63,187 nt of DNA, filler included, from Chiloscyllium plagiosum (GCF_004010195.1; 3 parts of one record of this genome joined end to end with filler, not necessarily neighbours in it), one strand, 5' to 3'. Shown: positions 12,950 through 26,900, counted from the whole stretch's first letter. Notes: generated by a model not told the origin, from the sequence alone. Numbers and translations are program-made.

Positions 12950-13945
12950 GAATCAGTGTTGGGGCCGCAGCTGTTCACATATATTAATGATCTGGATGAA
13001 GAGACTGGGGGCATTCTAGCGAAGTTTGCCGATGATACAAAGTTAGGTGGACAGGCAGGTAGTACTGAGGAAGTGGGGAGGCTGCAGAAGGATCTAGACA
13101 GTGTGGAAGAGTGGTCCAGGAAATGGCTGATGGAATTCAATGTGAGCAAATGCGAGGTCTTGCACTTTGGGAAAAAGAATGCAAGCATGGACTACTTTCT
13201 AAACGGTGAAAAAATTCGTAAAGCCAAAGTACAGAGGGATCTGGGAGTGCTAGTTGAGGATTCTCTAAAGGTAAACCTGCAGGTTGAGTCCGTGATTGAG
13301 AAAGCGAATGCAATGTTGTCATTTATCTCAAGAGGGTTGGAATATAAAAGCTCCGTTGTGCTACTGAGACTTTATAAAGCTCTGGTTAGGCCCCATTTGG
13401 AGTAGTGTGTCCAGTTTTGGTCCCCACACCTCAGGGAGGACATACTGGCACTGGAGCATGTCCAGCGGAGATTCACACGGATGATCCCTGGAATGGTAGG
13501 TCTAACATACGAGGAACGGCTGAGGATCCTGGGATTGTATTCATTGGAGTTTAGAAGATTAAGGGGAGATCTAATAGAAACTTACAAGATAATACATGGC
13601 TTGGAGAGGGTGGACGCTAGGAAATAGTTTCCGTTAGGCGAGGAGACTAGGACCCGTGGACACAGCCTTAGAATTAGAGGGGGTGAATTCAGAACAGAAA
13701 TGCGGAGACATTTCTTCAGCCAGAGAGTGGTGGGCCTGTGGAATTCATTGCCGCAGAGTGCAGTGGAAGCTGGGATGCTAAATATCTTCAAGTCAGAAAT
13801 TGATAAATTCTTGATGTCACAAGGAATTATGGGCTACGGGGAGAATGCGGGTAAGTGGAGTTGAAATGCCCATCAGCCATGATTGAATGGTGGAGTGGAC
13901 TCGATGGGCCGAATGGCCTTACTTCCGCTCCTATGTCTTATGGTC
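12950..13945 (+). mobile_element. 5'-truncated, little-decayed CR1-type LINE in a REXO1-like intron
   Basis: ORF 12956-13405 (SVLGPQLF, KFADDTKLGG, LVRPHLE); intact-looking 3' end ...cctatgtcttatggtct. Confidence 0.92.
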
Positions 13946-14074
13946 TCAGCCTTAAAATGCACATAGAGAGCCATGAGGCAGAGTCCTATGGCAACAAATT
14001 CCAAAGACACTCAACTATGAGAGAAGCAATTCCTCATCTCCTTGGGTTTGGTATCAGGGTGAATTTTTAAAACA

Positions 14075-16930
14075 TTTATTCACTCACGAGAGCTGCTTGT
14101 TGCCATTCATTGCTCATCTCAACTTGCCCTTGAGAAGGGAAGCTGTGAGCTACCTTCTTGAACTGCTGCATTCCACATGCTAAAATCCAACCCATGGCAT
14201 CCTGAGGGAGGAGAGTCCAGGATTTTGACTCAGCCATATTGAAGGAACTGTAATATATTTCTAAGTCAGAATGGAGTGTGGCATGGAAGGCAACTTACAG
14301 ATGGTGCTCGCATTTACCCGCTGCCCTTGTCCTTCTAGATGGACATGGTCATGAGTTTGGAAGGAGCCAAGGATCTTGGACTTTCTGCATCTTGTAGATA
14401 GTGCAGTCTGCTGCTGAGCAGTGGTGAAAGGAGTAGCTGCTTGTAAATGTAGTGCCAATAAAGTGGACTGCTTCTTTCTGAAGGGCTCAAGGAGAGTTCA
14501 GGCCCGAAACAGATTTTCCCGCTCCTCGGATGCTGCCTGACCTGCTGCGTTTTTCCAACATATTCTCAACTCTGCTCTCCAGCATCTGCAGACCTCACTG
14601 TCTCCTTGTTCTGAATGGTGTCAAGCTCGAGTGTTGTTGGAGCTGCAGCCATGCAGGCTAGCAGGGAATATATCACAATCATGAATTGTCTTGTCGATGA
14701 ACAGGTTTTGGGGAGTCGGGAATGGAGCTACTTGCCTCAGCATTCCTAACCTCTGACCTGCTCTCGTTGAAAGTCTTATGTGGCCAGTTCTGTTTCTGGT
14801 CAATGGCAACTTGCAGGATGTTGATAATAGGGGATTCAGTGATAGTAACACCATTGAATGTCAAGGGACAGTGGTTAGACTGCCTCAATTGAGATGGTCA
14901 TTGCCTGGCATTTGCATGGCACAAATGTTACTTGCCACTTGTCAGCTCAAGCCTGGACATTGTCCAAATATACCAAGACCTGGGCATGGTCAGCTTCAGT
15001 ATCTGAGAAGTCGTGAATGGTGCTGAGCATCCCCACTTCTTATGATGGGAAAAAGGTCATTGATGAAGTAACTGAAGATTATTGGACCTAGAACATTAAC
15101 CTGAGGACCTTCTGCAGAGATGCTCTGCAGCAATGACTGACCTCCCATCAACCAATGATCTTCCTATGTGCCAGGTATGACTCCAGCCATTGGGGAGTTT
15201 GTTGCCTGATTCTCACATATTCCAATTTTGCTCAGGATCCTTGATGCCATGCTTATTCAAATGCAGCCTTGCTGTCACTTCACCTCTGGAATTCAGCTCT
15301 TTTGACCACGTTTGAACTAAGGTTGTAATGAGGCCAGGAGCTTAGGTGACCCTGGTGAAACCCAAACTGGGCATCACTGAGCAAGTGCTGCTTGATACCA
15401 CTGTTGATGACACATTTAAACACTTTATTGATGACAGACTCATGGGACTATAATTGGCCAGGGTGGATTTGTCCTGCCTTTTGCATAGAGGACATACCTA
15501 GGCAATTTTTCACGTTGTTAGGTAATGCCTGCATTGTCACTGCCTGGAACAGCTTGGCTAGGCGAACAGCAAGTTCTGCAACCCAAGCCTTCACTACTAT
15601 TGCTGGAATATTGTCAAAGTCTTTGTGACTGCCTCTAACTGTTGCTTGACATCTCACGGATTGAATCAAATTGGCTGAGGACTGGTATGTGATGCTGGGA
15701 ACCACTGGAGGGGGAAGATGGATCAACCATTTGGCACTTCTAGTCGAAGATTACCTCAAATTCTTCAGCCTTCATTTTTACTCTGAAGTGTTGAGCTCTA
15801 CCATTGAGGAAGGGGGGTATGTGAAGCCACCTCCTCTAGTGAGTCATTTGCCTGCCCATCATTCACGATTGGATGTGCCAGGACTGTAGAATTTAGATCT
15901 AATCAGTTAGTTGTGGGATTGCTTAGCTCTGTCTAGCACTTGCTGCTTTTGCTGTCAGGCATGCAAGTTGCTGTGTGGTGGCTTTACCAGGTTGACACAT
16001 CTTCAAGTATGCCTGGCGCTCCGGACATGCCCTGCTGCACTCTCCATTGAGCCAGTGTTGATCCCCTTGCTTAATGGTAACATGGGAAATGTGCTGGGCC
16101 ATAAGATTGCAGATCATGGAGTCCAATTCTGCTGCTTTGGATGGCCCACAGTGCCTCTTTGATGAGCAGTCTTTAGATGCTAGATCTGTTTGAATTCTAT
16201 CCCATTTAGCACAGTGATAGTGTTAATCAACACAATGAATTGTATTCTGTGTGAAAGTGGGACTTGCCTCTGCAAGGACTGTGCGGTGGTCACTCTTATT
16301 GATACTGTAATGACCGGATACATCAACAGTTGGCAGATTGGTAAGGATCAGGTAGTCCTTTCCCTTATTGATGCCCTCATCACCTGTAGCAGACGCAACC
16401 TAGCATCAAGGTCCTTTCAGACCAAATCATTGCAATCACTGTGCTGCTGCTGAAACATTCTTGGTGGGTGGATATGGAAATCCTCCACCCAGAGCACATT
16501 TTGTAAACTTGCCACCCTCAGTCCTTTCTTAGTGTTGCTCAACATGAAGTAGTACTAATCCATTAGCCAAGGGAGGATAGTACATGGTACATCAGCAAGA
16601 GCTTTCCTTGTCTATGTTTAACCTGAAACCACGAGACTTCAGGAGGAATGGGTCAATGTTGAGGAATACCAGCACATCTCCCTCCAGATTGGATACCACT
16701 ATGCTGCCATCTTTGCTGGGACAGGACATATCCAGTGATTGTGACAGTGGTGTCATCAGGGACAGTCATACTGAGGGAATCGTACCTCACAGACAACAGA
16801 CTGTCATCACTTCATTAGTCTAAAACAGCTATGCTAATTTTAGTGCTACTCACCAGATAGTGGTGAGGATGACTTTGCTGATCAAAGTCATTGTCTTTAC
16901 TCATTCGTCAGTCGATGCCAGGCAGACCAT
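14075..16930 (-). mobile_element. Old LINE of the second family (decayed RT and endonuclease)
   Basis: ORF 15448-15726 DNIPAIVVKAWVAELAVRLAKLFQ; colinear with 6770-10835. Confidence 0.72.
14478..14606 (+). mobile_element. Solo Penelope pLTR fragment inserted in the LINE
   Basis: gcccgaaac...ctcctcggatgctgcctgacctgctg...ctccagcatctgcagacctcact; same family as 56209-56333. Confidence 0.7.
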
Positions 16931-16974
16931 AGTTTTATTTCTTTGTTCGGACTTCATAGGGATCAATTCACACG

Positions 16975-17270
16975 GAGTGCTCACTAGGCCATTTCAGAGG
17001 GCAGATGAAAGTCAACCATTTTGTTGGAGTCTCATATTTGGAGTCACATGGAGGCCAAACCAGGTAAGAATGGCAGATTGCCTTCCCTAAAGTGACATTA
17101 TTGAGCCAGATAGGCTTTCCTAACCATTGACAATAATTCCATGGTCATCAGTAGATTCTTAATTCAAGAATTTTATTGAATTCAAATTCTACCATCTGCC
17201 AACATGAGATTCAAATCTAGGTTTCTGCAACATTTGTCAAGTTTGTGGATGAATTATCAAGTGATAATAC
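16975..17270 (-). mobile_element. tRNA-head SINE fragment (family of 59332-59682)
   Basis: Reverse-complement similarity to 59332-59682 (ggcagattgccttccctaaag, gaattcaaattctaccatctgcc). Confidence 0.6.
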
Positions 17271-17280
17271 TTTCCCACAA

Positions 17281-17790
17281 TAGAGTCATAGAGTTATAGA
17301 GATGTGCAGCATGGAAACAGACCCTTCGGTCCAACCCGTCCATGCCGACCAGATATCCCAACCCAATCTAGTCCCACCTGCCAGCACCCGGCCCATATCC
17401 CTCCAAACCCTTCCTATTCATATACCCATCCAAATGCCTCTTAAAATATTGCAATTGTACCAGCCTTCACCACATCCTCTGGCAGCTCATTCCATACACG
17501 TACCACCCTCTTGCCCCTTAGGTCTCTTTTATATCTTTCCCCTCTCACCCTAAACCTATGCCCTCTAGTTCTGGACTCCCCGACCCCAAGGTAAAGACTT
17601 TGCCTATTTATCCTATCCATGCCCCTCAATTTTGTAAACCTCTATAAAGGTCACCCCTCAGCCTCCAACGCTCCAGGGAAAACAGCCCCAGCCTGTTCAA
17701 CCTCTCCCTGTAGCTCAGATCCTCCAACCCTGGCGACATCCCTGTAAATCTTTTCTGAGCCCTTTCAAGTTTCACAACATCTTTCCAATA
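17281..17790 (-). mobile_element. CR1/HER1-type LINE 3' end
   Basis: ORFs 17441-17629 and 17626-17976 (KDVVKLER, RVVRVWNELP); gagtcatagagttatagag tail. Confidence 0.9.
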
Positions 17791-18140
17791 ACGATAGGAA
17801 GAGAAACCATTGATAAAACTATTCTTGGTCAACAGACAGATTATATTACAAAATTGAGACAAGACGACAGAAAGGAAAAAGAAAACATGAGTCACAATAA
17901 GAGAATGTGACTCATGAATTTGATCAAAACAGTTCAATATTGTAAGAGACAAGTATAGATGGATTACTGATGTCACAAGTTAAATATGCAAATGAACGTG
18001 GACATTCACACTTAAGCTATATTGCTGCGTTATAGTTACAATGCTTCGACTATTAAAGGTAATGTCAGACTGACCAAAACTTATCAGAGCCCAGAAATTC
18101 TGAAATAATTGTTGCATGTGAAGCTTCCAATTTTACTTAC

Positions 18141-18248
18141 CAATTCAGAGTTCACTGCATAAACACCAGGATTCCCATCAAGCGGGAGCAGTTTAAGGGA
18201 AGTCTTCACAAAGCCATTAAGGTTCTCTTTTTGATTGTAGACATGTAA
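18141..18248 (-). CDS. REXO1-like exonuclease exon (ExoI motif, D to N)
   Basis: cag/gtaagt flanks, 108 nt, phase 0 to 0; LHVYNQKENLNGFVKTSLKLLPLDGNPGVYAVNSEL versus REXO1 QHVQDGRKERLEGFVKT...PGIYALDCEM. Confidence 0.9.
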
Positions 18249-19134
18249 CTGTACAAGGGAAACAGCTGATAATTAACACCAAAACTCAAGCCATTTTATT
18301 TGGTGCTTTGGTCCAAGATTCAGTAAAATATTAATGAGAGAAAGTGTGAATGAAGCTGCTTCAGTATGCATTCTCCCTTACCATGTTTATTGAACATCAA
18401 TGCATTAAAGCATGTGAATTAATAAACTTCTTAATTTCCATGTTACTGCTACAATGAGTAGGATATTATTCATTCAGAGCCAAGGGTTCAAGGTAATATC
18501 TAACGCGGCTCAAGCTAAATAATTCTTACAAAGAGCTGTGGAGGATCACGAGAGAACAGGGTACAAAATGGGGGACTGGCCAGATGTGTGTTGGAACTGT
18601 GAAGTCTGGAGATAACAAAGGCATACATAAGGGTTTCTGCAGCAAGTAGGCTGCAGAAGGACCAGAGATGAATAATGTTGTATAATTCCTCCATATAAGT
18701 AGTACGTGGTCAGAACTTAGCTCAATATCAATGTTGACAAAAGTTTGTGAATGCTCTGGGTTAGTCTACAGTACCAGAGAGAGAGAGGGGCAGCGAGTGG
18801 CCAGACAATGGAACTGGAGGTGGGTGCTGAAGATCATGGTTTTTTCCTTGCCAGTGCTTTCATGGGTGGAGGAAATTTTGAATCATCCAAACCTGTATGC
18901 CACACATGCAAGGCTGGTAACAGAGGCAGTGGAGGGTTTGAGAGTTGCTTGTTAAAGGAAAGGTATGGCTGGCTGTTAAGTGTGCAAATTTCTCACAGCT
19001 GCCTTCAGAATTGGACTTGTTGTCGTGGATTATCAACATTTACGTTTTCTTAAAATAATTCAGATAGAACAGAAAATTCCTACCCAAAGCTGCAGAAAGA
19101 GGCCCAATAGCAAATTGATTTGTTTTCAAAATAC

Positions 19135-19208
19135 CTTAGCAAGCTGACATCCAACAGAGCCCAAGGATCCTCCACAGCAACTGTATCGAGCATCCCATCC
19201 ACCAGAGA
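19135..19208 (-). CDS. REXO1-like exon (Cys-rich segment)
   Basis: cag/gtat flanks, 74 nt, phase 1 to 0; (V)SGGWDARYSCCGGSLGSVGCQLAK versus REXO1 VAGGWETQYMCCSAAAGSVGCQVAK. Confidence 0.9.
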
Positions 19209-20569
19209 CTGGAATTGAACATGGTTTAGTATAGCTAATCACTCAACTTAAAGCAGATTTTAAAATTAAATAACTAAGTCACAACTATACAAAATTGTGT
19301 CCTAGGATTGATAATCGGAGAATGGAGATGTTTTGTTCAGTGTTACAAGAATGTTTAGCTCCGAAGAATGTCATCATATTGGGAGAATATTGATAAATAT
19401 CAAAGGGAAGAAATCAAGGATAAGCTTGAATTGAATTGGCTTTGTCTCACGAGTACTATGAAAAGTTTACAAGTCACACTTACATCACCATCCTAGGTAC
19501 AAAAAAGGTATCTTGGTACAGATTCTCGAGTGGTTAATATTGGAGAGATTGGAAAGCCATGACAGACTGGGCTGAAAGAAAATTGGTAATCAACGACCTT
19601 CAAAAGAGGTATGAATTAGTGAAGAAGGGTGCGATCACAAATAAAGTGAACTGTCCCGTAACTGTGTAAGGATAAAGCAGAAATGCCAACTAGTCGGTTT
19701 TTAAAAACAAAAAAAGGCTGGGAGTACAAAATTGGGTGTAGAACAACATGAGACGTGTTATCAAAGCTTTTCTGCTATCTTACACGTCAGAACAGATACA
19801 AGAATGTCAAGCTTCAAAAGGAAGATTATTCATACTGCATACGTACAAGGGTGCTGATTACTCAAGGCAATATAAAATCAGAATATTGAGGGAGCTTTTG
19901 CCCAGCCCTCCCAATTTGTTGTTTAAAAAAGGTACAATGAGTGGACATTATTTTCTTGCAGAGAACTGGTCCCAGAAAAATGAACATCTAAAACAAGCAA
20001 GAGTAGGTTATTCAGCCCATTGCTTTGTCATGCAACAAGATCAGGGCTGGTCAGATTGTAACCTCAAGTCCACGTTACTGCCTACCAAAAAGAACCTTTT
20101 ATCCCCTACTTTAACAAGCCTTTATCCACCTGTCATAAATATCTAAGAACTGCCTGCCATACCTTTTCAGGTCGGGAACTCCAGAGATTCCCGTTCCACA
20201 AAGTACCTACGGCTTAAAAATTCATTGAAAAAAAAAGTAAAAGCAACCAAGTTCTAGATTATCCCATAAGAAATGTTCCCTCCATACCCACCCTGTCAAG
20301 ATCCCCCAGGAACTTGTTTCCAGTCAAGTCACCTCTTGCCTGCTCAACCTACATGAGGGCATTTCATTCCAGGTATTAATATGGGAAACTTTCTCTGAAT
20401 CGCTTCCAAGGCATGTACACGCTTCCTAAGCTAATATGACCAGTATTGAGCATAATATTCCAACGTGGGTTCACAGATGCCTGGCATTAACTGATACACA
20501 ACCTCAAATCAATTCTACCCAGAATAAATGGCAGTTAGCTTTCCTGATTATTTTCTGTATCTGCATATT

Positions 20570-20886
20570 GGGCAGCACAGTGGCACAGTGGTTAGCACTG
20601 CTGCCTCACAGCGCCCGAGATCCAGGTTCAATTCCTGCTTCAGGCGACTGACTGTGTGGAGTTTGCACATTCTCCCCGTGTCTGCGTGGGTTTCCTCCGG
20701 GTGCTCCGGTTTCCTCCCACAGTCCAAAGATGTGCAGGTCAGGTGAATTGGCCATGCTAAATTGCCCGTAGTGTTAGGTAAGGAGTAAATGTAGAGGCAT
20801 GGATTGGTTGCGCTTCGGCGGGTCGGTGTGGACTTGTTGGGCCGAAGGGCCTGTTTCCACACTGTAATGTAATCTAATGTAATCTA
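20570..20886 (+). mobile_element. HE1-like tRNA-derived V-SINE
   Basis: Pol III A-box (tggcacagtgg) and B-box (ggttcaattcc), central ctgtgtggagtttgcacattctccccgtgtctgcgtgggtttcctccgggtgctccggtttcctcccaca, LINE-like tail, taatctaa repeats; sits inside a decayed CR1 (~19980-21190). Confidence 0.88.
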
Positions 20887-21699
20887 GTGTAATTATCCTT
20901 ATGATTAATGCACTAGGACATCCATATCCCTCTGCAATCATCTCCCTATTTAAATATGCATTTTTCTTCTCTGCCAAAGTGGACAATTGCACATTTTCCA
21001 AACATTTTTGCCAACTCATTTAATCTTTGTTACCTTATGCCTTCTTCTCACAATTTACTTTGACTCATTTGAGTCACCAGCAAGTTTGGTGACCATACCT
21101 CTGTCCCTTCAATTGATATGAATGATAAACAGTACAGGTTGCAACACAAATCACTATGGCACTGTCATTACACCGTGCCAACCTGAAAGAGATTAATTAC
21201 TGCTTTTGGGATTTATGTATGAATATATGTTGCTTCTTGAAAGCAACAATGAGCCACATTGAGCCTGACAGAATTCAGTCCCTCCAGAATTGCCCAAACA
21301 TGCAATCAAGTATAATATCAGAGAGTGTTGTTTTGCGAGCATTTTGTTAGCAAGCTCTTGGTTAAGAGCAGCTAAAGAGCCATGCTATTTTATACATAGG
21401 CATTGGAATGTGTTGTCCACATACCTGCCATCGAACCTGCACTAAAATCTATGAACGCAATGCAGATATAGGCCAATTGAACCATCACACTCTGTTCACT
21501 ATTAAATGGATCCTTGGTAGATTCATTTGTGTTTTGTAATTTACATTCCAATCTACTCCTGGCAAGATCGGAATCCCTCGCTTAAAGGATTGATATCATT
21601 TTTAAATATTTAATGCTTCAATTGCCATCTAAGTTCCAAAAGCACAACCCTAAAGATCTCTCTGAACTGGATTAGCCATTTTTTATGGCTACAAGAGGT

Positions 21700-22210
21700 C
21701 AGACTAGGAATCCTGGGGCAAGTAACTCCCCTCCAGTCTCTCAATTGCCTCTCTACAATCTAAAAGGCAGACATCAAGCAGGTGATGGAATATGCTCCCA
21801 TTTACCTGGATGTATGCAACTCCAATAATGCTTAAGCAGCCTGATAATGCAGACAAAGTAGCATGATAATGCAGACAAAGCAGTACGATTGGTACCCCAA
21901 CCACTACCTTTAAAATATTCACTCCATTCATCAACAGTGCTAACAAAGTGGACTGTCTACAAGATACACAGCTGTTGTTCAATGAGGCTCCTTCCCCTGC
22001 ACCTTCCAAACCTGTGACCTGTACCGGCTAGGAAGACTATGGCAGCAGATGCAGTTACATAGTTGCTCCTTCACTGTCACTAAGTCAAACTCCTTCAACA
22101 CTACGGGTGGCAGCTATTCAAGGCAGAACCTCTGTACCACCTTACCCAGCTCAATTAAGGACGGGTACAAATACTAATCTAGCCATGATGCCCGCAACCC
22201 GTGAACTAAT
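21700..22210 (+). mobile_element. 3' end of the second LINE family
   Basis: ctctctacaatc...ggtgatggaatatgctcccatttacctggatg, and a tail similar to those at 53310-53655 and 59620-59680. Confidence 0.6.
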
Positions 22211-23398
22211 AAAAAGTTAAGAATCTGTATACTCAAACCTCTTTACCCATCTGCGATGGCTGAATATAAATTGAAAATGTGAATTTGCAGAGTTATATTA
22301 AGTCTCAATTCTAATTATGTTCAGAGTCTAAAGATAACTAACTTAAAAATGCAGTACAGCAATTCATAAATAACCTCTACTACCAGCAGCATTCTCCAAA
22401 CCACAACCATGCAATGAGGTATAAAATTATTGTACTTAAATATTGTGTATGAATCCATTTACTGTTTAGATGGTGAGAAACTATATCTTTCAAGTTAATC
22501 ACCTCTCAATATTGTGCAGTATGTGTGGCCATTTTCAACAGTTAACCCAAACACTTCTGGCGAGGAAGGCAATTCAATGAAATTACAGTTTTTAATATTT
22601 GCATGATAGAAATACAGTCTGGTTTCTCCAAATGCAAGCTAAAAACCATCATACATTAAATATCTTTGACAGTATATAATTCAGTTATTGTAAATTCAGA
22701 TATTTGGTGGAACAGGGCATTTCCCACAGTGTGCTTCATCACTTAACTCAATCTGTCCTGTACAATTGGAATAAGTCTAGATAATGCCATAGGAGGAGAA
22801 ATAGGAACATCTTGGATTTCATGATGAATGGAACCAACAGTCTGTCCTTAACTATAAATCTAAAGAGAGGACTAAGAAACAAAGACAGGGAAGGAAATCA
22901 TATTAATTCATGTCAAACCAGTTACAGAGAGGGAAATAATAAAAAAAGTTTTAAAACTAGAAAGTTAGTTAAATCCAAGCTTACTACATGCAGAAGTTAG
23001 GGAATAGTTCAGAAAGAGTCTCAGGGATGGAAGTGTGGAGTGGTTGCTGCAATGACCGATAGCCTCTCAAGGACACTAATGGAGATTAAGTCCCAGTCCT
23101 AACTTCCTTTGATATATTGAAATGAATGACAAATGCAGGAATGTCAAGGGTGAGTTACTATTTCCAACCAGAATCTCTCCTTCAGTTTATGGACAATTAA
23201 GCAATGATTTAAAAAAAAAAATTCAAACTCATTGTTTGTTTTGGCAGAAAGGTTTGGTCAATATTTTCTTTAAAGAATATATGGCTCATTGCGTTCAAAA
23301 TCACGAATGGGGAAAGGAAGACTTTTCTCTCCTATTGACACACTTTAGACTGTTTCAGTGTATTTTGTATGCATATTGAATTTCTACACAACATTCAC

Positions 23399-23512
23399 CT
23401 TGCCGTCTTATTGTCCTACCCCAGTGGTGGCTACATTCTTCCTTGGAGATGTAACTCCCATCAGGTGTTACAGAGAATCGTCTCCCACAACGACAGCAAA
23501 CCTGGATTAATG
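23399..23512 (-). CDS. REXO1-like exon (CCRC...HWGR segment)
   Basis: Polypyrimidine tract + cag / gtgaat flanks, 114 nt, phase 1 to 1; LIQVCCRCGRRFSVTPDGSYISKEECSHHWGRTIRRQ versus REXO1 RTCCRCGTEYLVSSSGRCIRDEECYYHWGRLRRNR. Confidence 0.92.
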
Positions 23513-23819
23513 CTGAAACGAGAAAGATTACTGTCTGAATCTTTTGCTCAGATGAAGACAACATTTACATAATACCAAAGACCAGAAAAGAAAAAAACAT
23601 GGTCACAGAAGTACAAACCAACCCAAATCTTGACCATCCCAGGAAATAAAAAGAATTATTTGTAACAGAGTAAATTGACTGAAATAAGGAACACAGATCA
23701 AATTAATCTTGTCACTGGGACAGTGAAGTGGTGATAATTTACCAGCTAATGCCTTTGAAAACAAGCTGCTGCTCAGTCAGCTCAAAGATTCAACTGGAAT
23801 GAATATGAATTAGTTTCAG

Positions 23820-25780
23820 CCCCAGCTCTCAGATAACTCTCCCCCGGACCATGACCCCACGATGGATCAGGTGATTGTAGTTTACAGAATCTCATTTCAT
23901 CTGATGATCTCTCTCACCACAGTCACCCCACCTCCAAATAAATAGACCCTAACCCCACACACCTCACTTCTACCTCTGTCCCAAAACCCACAAACAGGTC
24001 TGTCCAGGCAGACCCATTTTTTCTGCCTTCACCTACCCTACAGAACTCATTGCTTCCGACCTCGACTGGGTCTTTCCTCCCAAGTACCTGAACACTTCTA
24101 TCTGGGATTTCTCTGACGCTTTACACGAGTTTCAGAGTTTTCAGTTTGAGCTCCAGCTGCTTTCTGTTTACCACAAACAAGCAATCCCTTTACATGTCCA
24201 TCCCTCACCATTATGATCTTATGGCTCTCTGCTTTTTCCTGGAAGGCATGTCTGAGTCACCCGCATTCACAACCACCACCCTCCATCTGGTTGAGCCCAT
24301 CTTCACCCTGAATAACTCCTCTCATTTCCTTCAGGTCGGGGATGGCCAATGGTACTCACATGGGCTCCAGCTATGCTGGTCTCTTCGTGGAGTAGGTGGA
24401 ACATTGTTGTTCTGGTCTTATTCCAGAACCCACCCACAATTCCTTCGCAGATATATCCTTGATATCATTGTGTTGCTTCCCACTCTCATCCAGAATTTGA
24501 AAAGTTAATCAGTTTTCCTTCCAATTTCCACCCTGCCCTCACTTTCACCAGGTCCATTTCAGACTCCTCCCTTCCTCTACATGGGTTTTCATTTCTGGGC
24601 ATGGGCTGGTCACCAATATCCACCATAAACCCACCAACTTCCACAGCTACCTTGACTAATATCCTCACACACTGCCTCCTGTAAACACTATTCCAATCTC
24701 CCAGTTCTTCCATTTCCACTGCATCTGTTCTGACAATGCCAACTTCAACAAGGGAGCCTCCAAAATGTCCACCTTCTTCCAGAGGTTTCCCAGCACCATT
24801 GTTCCCAGCACCTAGCCCTCAACCAGTTCCATCCCACACTTTAGCATTCACCTCTTCCCTCCTGCAGTGATAAGATTCTGTGTCCTTACCTACCAGCCCA
24901 CCAGCATCCACATGCAGATGATCATTAACCCCCAATTCCACCATCTCTAGCAGAGGAGCCGTTACCTGACACACATTCCCCTCCCTTCCATAGGTACCAT
25001 GCTCCACTCTTCCTTCACTCCCAACAGCCCCCCATGGCACCTTTCCCTGCAACTGCAGAAGGTATAACACCTGCCCATTTACCACCTCAGTATCTAAGGC
25101 CCCAAATATACCTTCCAGGTGAATCAGCATTTTACCTGCACTTATCAGAATATGGTCTACTACATTCGCTGCTCACAATGTGATCTCCTCTACACTGGGG
25201 AAACGAAGCATAGACTGGGTGACCACTCCGTGGAACACCTACTTCTGCCCGCAAAAAAAGACCGAGCTTCCAGTTGCCTGCCACCTTAACACACCACTGT
25301 GTTCCCAGGCCAACATCTGTCTCAGGCTTGCTGCAGTGCTCCAAAGCTCAAGTTAAGCTCGAAGAGCAGCACTGAATTTTCTGCTTGGGGACCCTACAGC
25401 CATTTGGACTCATTACCAAGTTCAATAACTTTAGTACTTGAGCTGTCCCAACCCCCTCACACCTGACATTGTTATCACAGTCTGGTAAGACACACAATCC
25501 ATTGGTAGCCACTAACAGTCCCATTAATAGCTATTCACCCTCCTAACCAGATTATCCACTCCTTTATCTGTCCACCTGTTCTTCTCTCTCTTTAGGCTCT
25601 AGCCCCAGCTATCATTTCCTCCTTACCCCTCCCCCCAAACCTTATCTTCTGAATAATAAAAAAAAAATTCCCTAGCTACCATTTCTGGGAAAAGGTCACC
25701 AGAACCAAAACATATCAGATTACTCTTCACAGATGCTGCCAGACCTGAGCTTATCCAGCAATTTCTGCTTTTGTTTGTTA
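23820..25780 (+). mobile_element. Decayed Penelope-like element (RT, GIY-YIG endonuclease, pLTR)
   Basis: PHFYL.PKTHK, QSLYMSIPH, AMxTxMGxSYA, RRYIxD, VYYIRCSQCDLLYTGETK, KLEEQH; pLTR-type end cagatgctgccagacctgagc. Confidence 0.85.
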
Positions 25781-26275
25781 AATGTCAAACCTTCATTCTA
25801 CTTGCAAAATCACCCCTGGATTACTTGTTAATAAGAATGTGAATACAGGAAAATGGTCAACGCCTGTAAAAACCCATCTTATGCTAGGTATGCTCAGTTT
25901 TTATTTCACTGTTCAGGCACTCAATAGTTTTGTTTAGATTCCCAGAATTTGCATCACTTTCTTCAGTTCGACTGTGCTATATTGTGTTTGCCATTCTAAC
26001 AGACAAAGATGATCAAGATCAGAGCTCAATTTGTGTGTATTTAATTGGAAACTCCAATATTAACCATCAAATACAGAGAACCTGACTTAAATGCAAATCT
26101 GACCAAGGGTTTAAAATAATAAAGGGAGACCAGAGACATTGCATCAAAAGGTTTAGTCAGGGTTTCCATTGAAAAGTTCAATGTTTGAACCACTTATATA
26201 AATGCTACATTATTCCTACCAGCTGTTATTCATTACACTGCAAATTTGAAAACAAAAAAAGTTCACTATGTTATT

Positions 26276-26900
26276 GAGTCAGATGTACAGCACAGAAACA
26301 GAACTTTCTGTCCAACTCGTCCATGCCGACCAGATATCCTAAATTAATCTAGTCCCATTTGCCAGCATTTGGGCCATATCCCTCTAAACTCTTCTTATTC
26401 ATATACTCATCCAGGTGCCTTTTAAGTGCTGTACTTTTACCAGCCTCCAATTTCTCTAGCAGCTCATTCCATTCATGCACCACCCTTTGCATGAAAAAGT
26501 TGCCCCTTAGATCCCTTTTAGATCTTTCCCCTCAACTTCTCCCAGACCCCAGGCAAAAAAGACCTTGTCTACTTACCCTATCCACGTCCCTCATTATGTT
26601 ATAAACCTCTAAGGTCAACCCTCAGCCTCGAGGGAAAATAGCACCTGGGAAAACTCAGGGAAAGTAGCCCCAGCCTATTCAGACTCTCCTTAAACCTCAA
26701 AATCTCCAGCTCTGGCAATATCCTTGTAAGTCTTTTCTGAACCCTTTCAAGTTCTACAACATCCTTCCTTTAGGAGGGAGACCAGAATTACACACTGTAC
26801 TCCACAAGTTGTCTAACCAATGTCCTGGGCACCCACAACAGATCTTCCAACTCCTATGCTCAAATGCTCTGACCAATAAAGGCAAGCATATCAAATGCCA
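26276..26900 (-). mobile_element. CR1/HER1-type LINE 3' portion
   Basis: Similar to 17281-17790 and to the reverse complement of 1000-1620. Confidence 0.85.

Noticed and set aside
20570..20645. tRNA gene
   Set aside because: It is the tRNA-derived head of a SINE.
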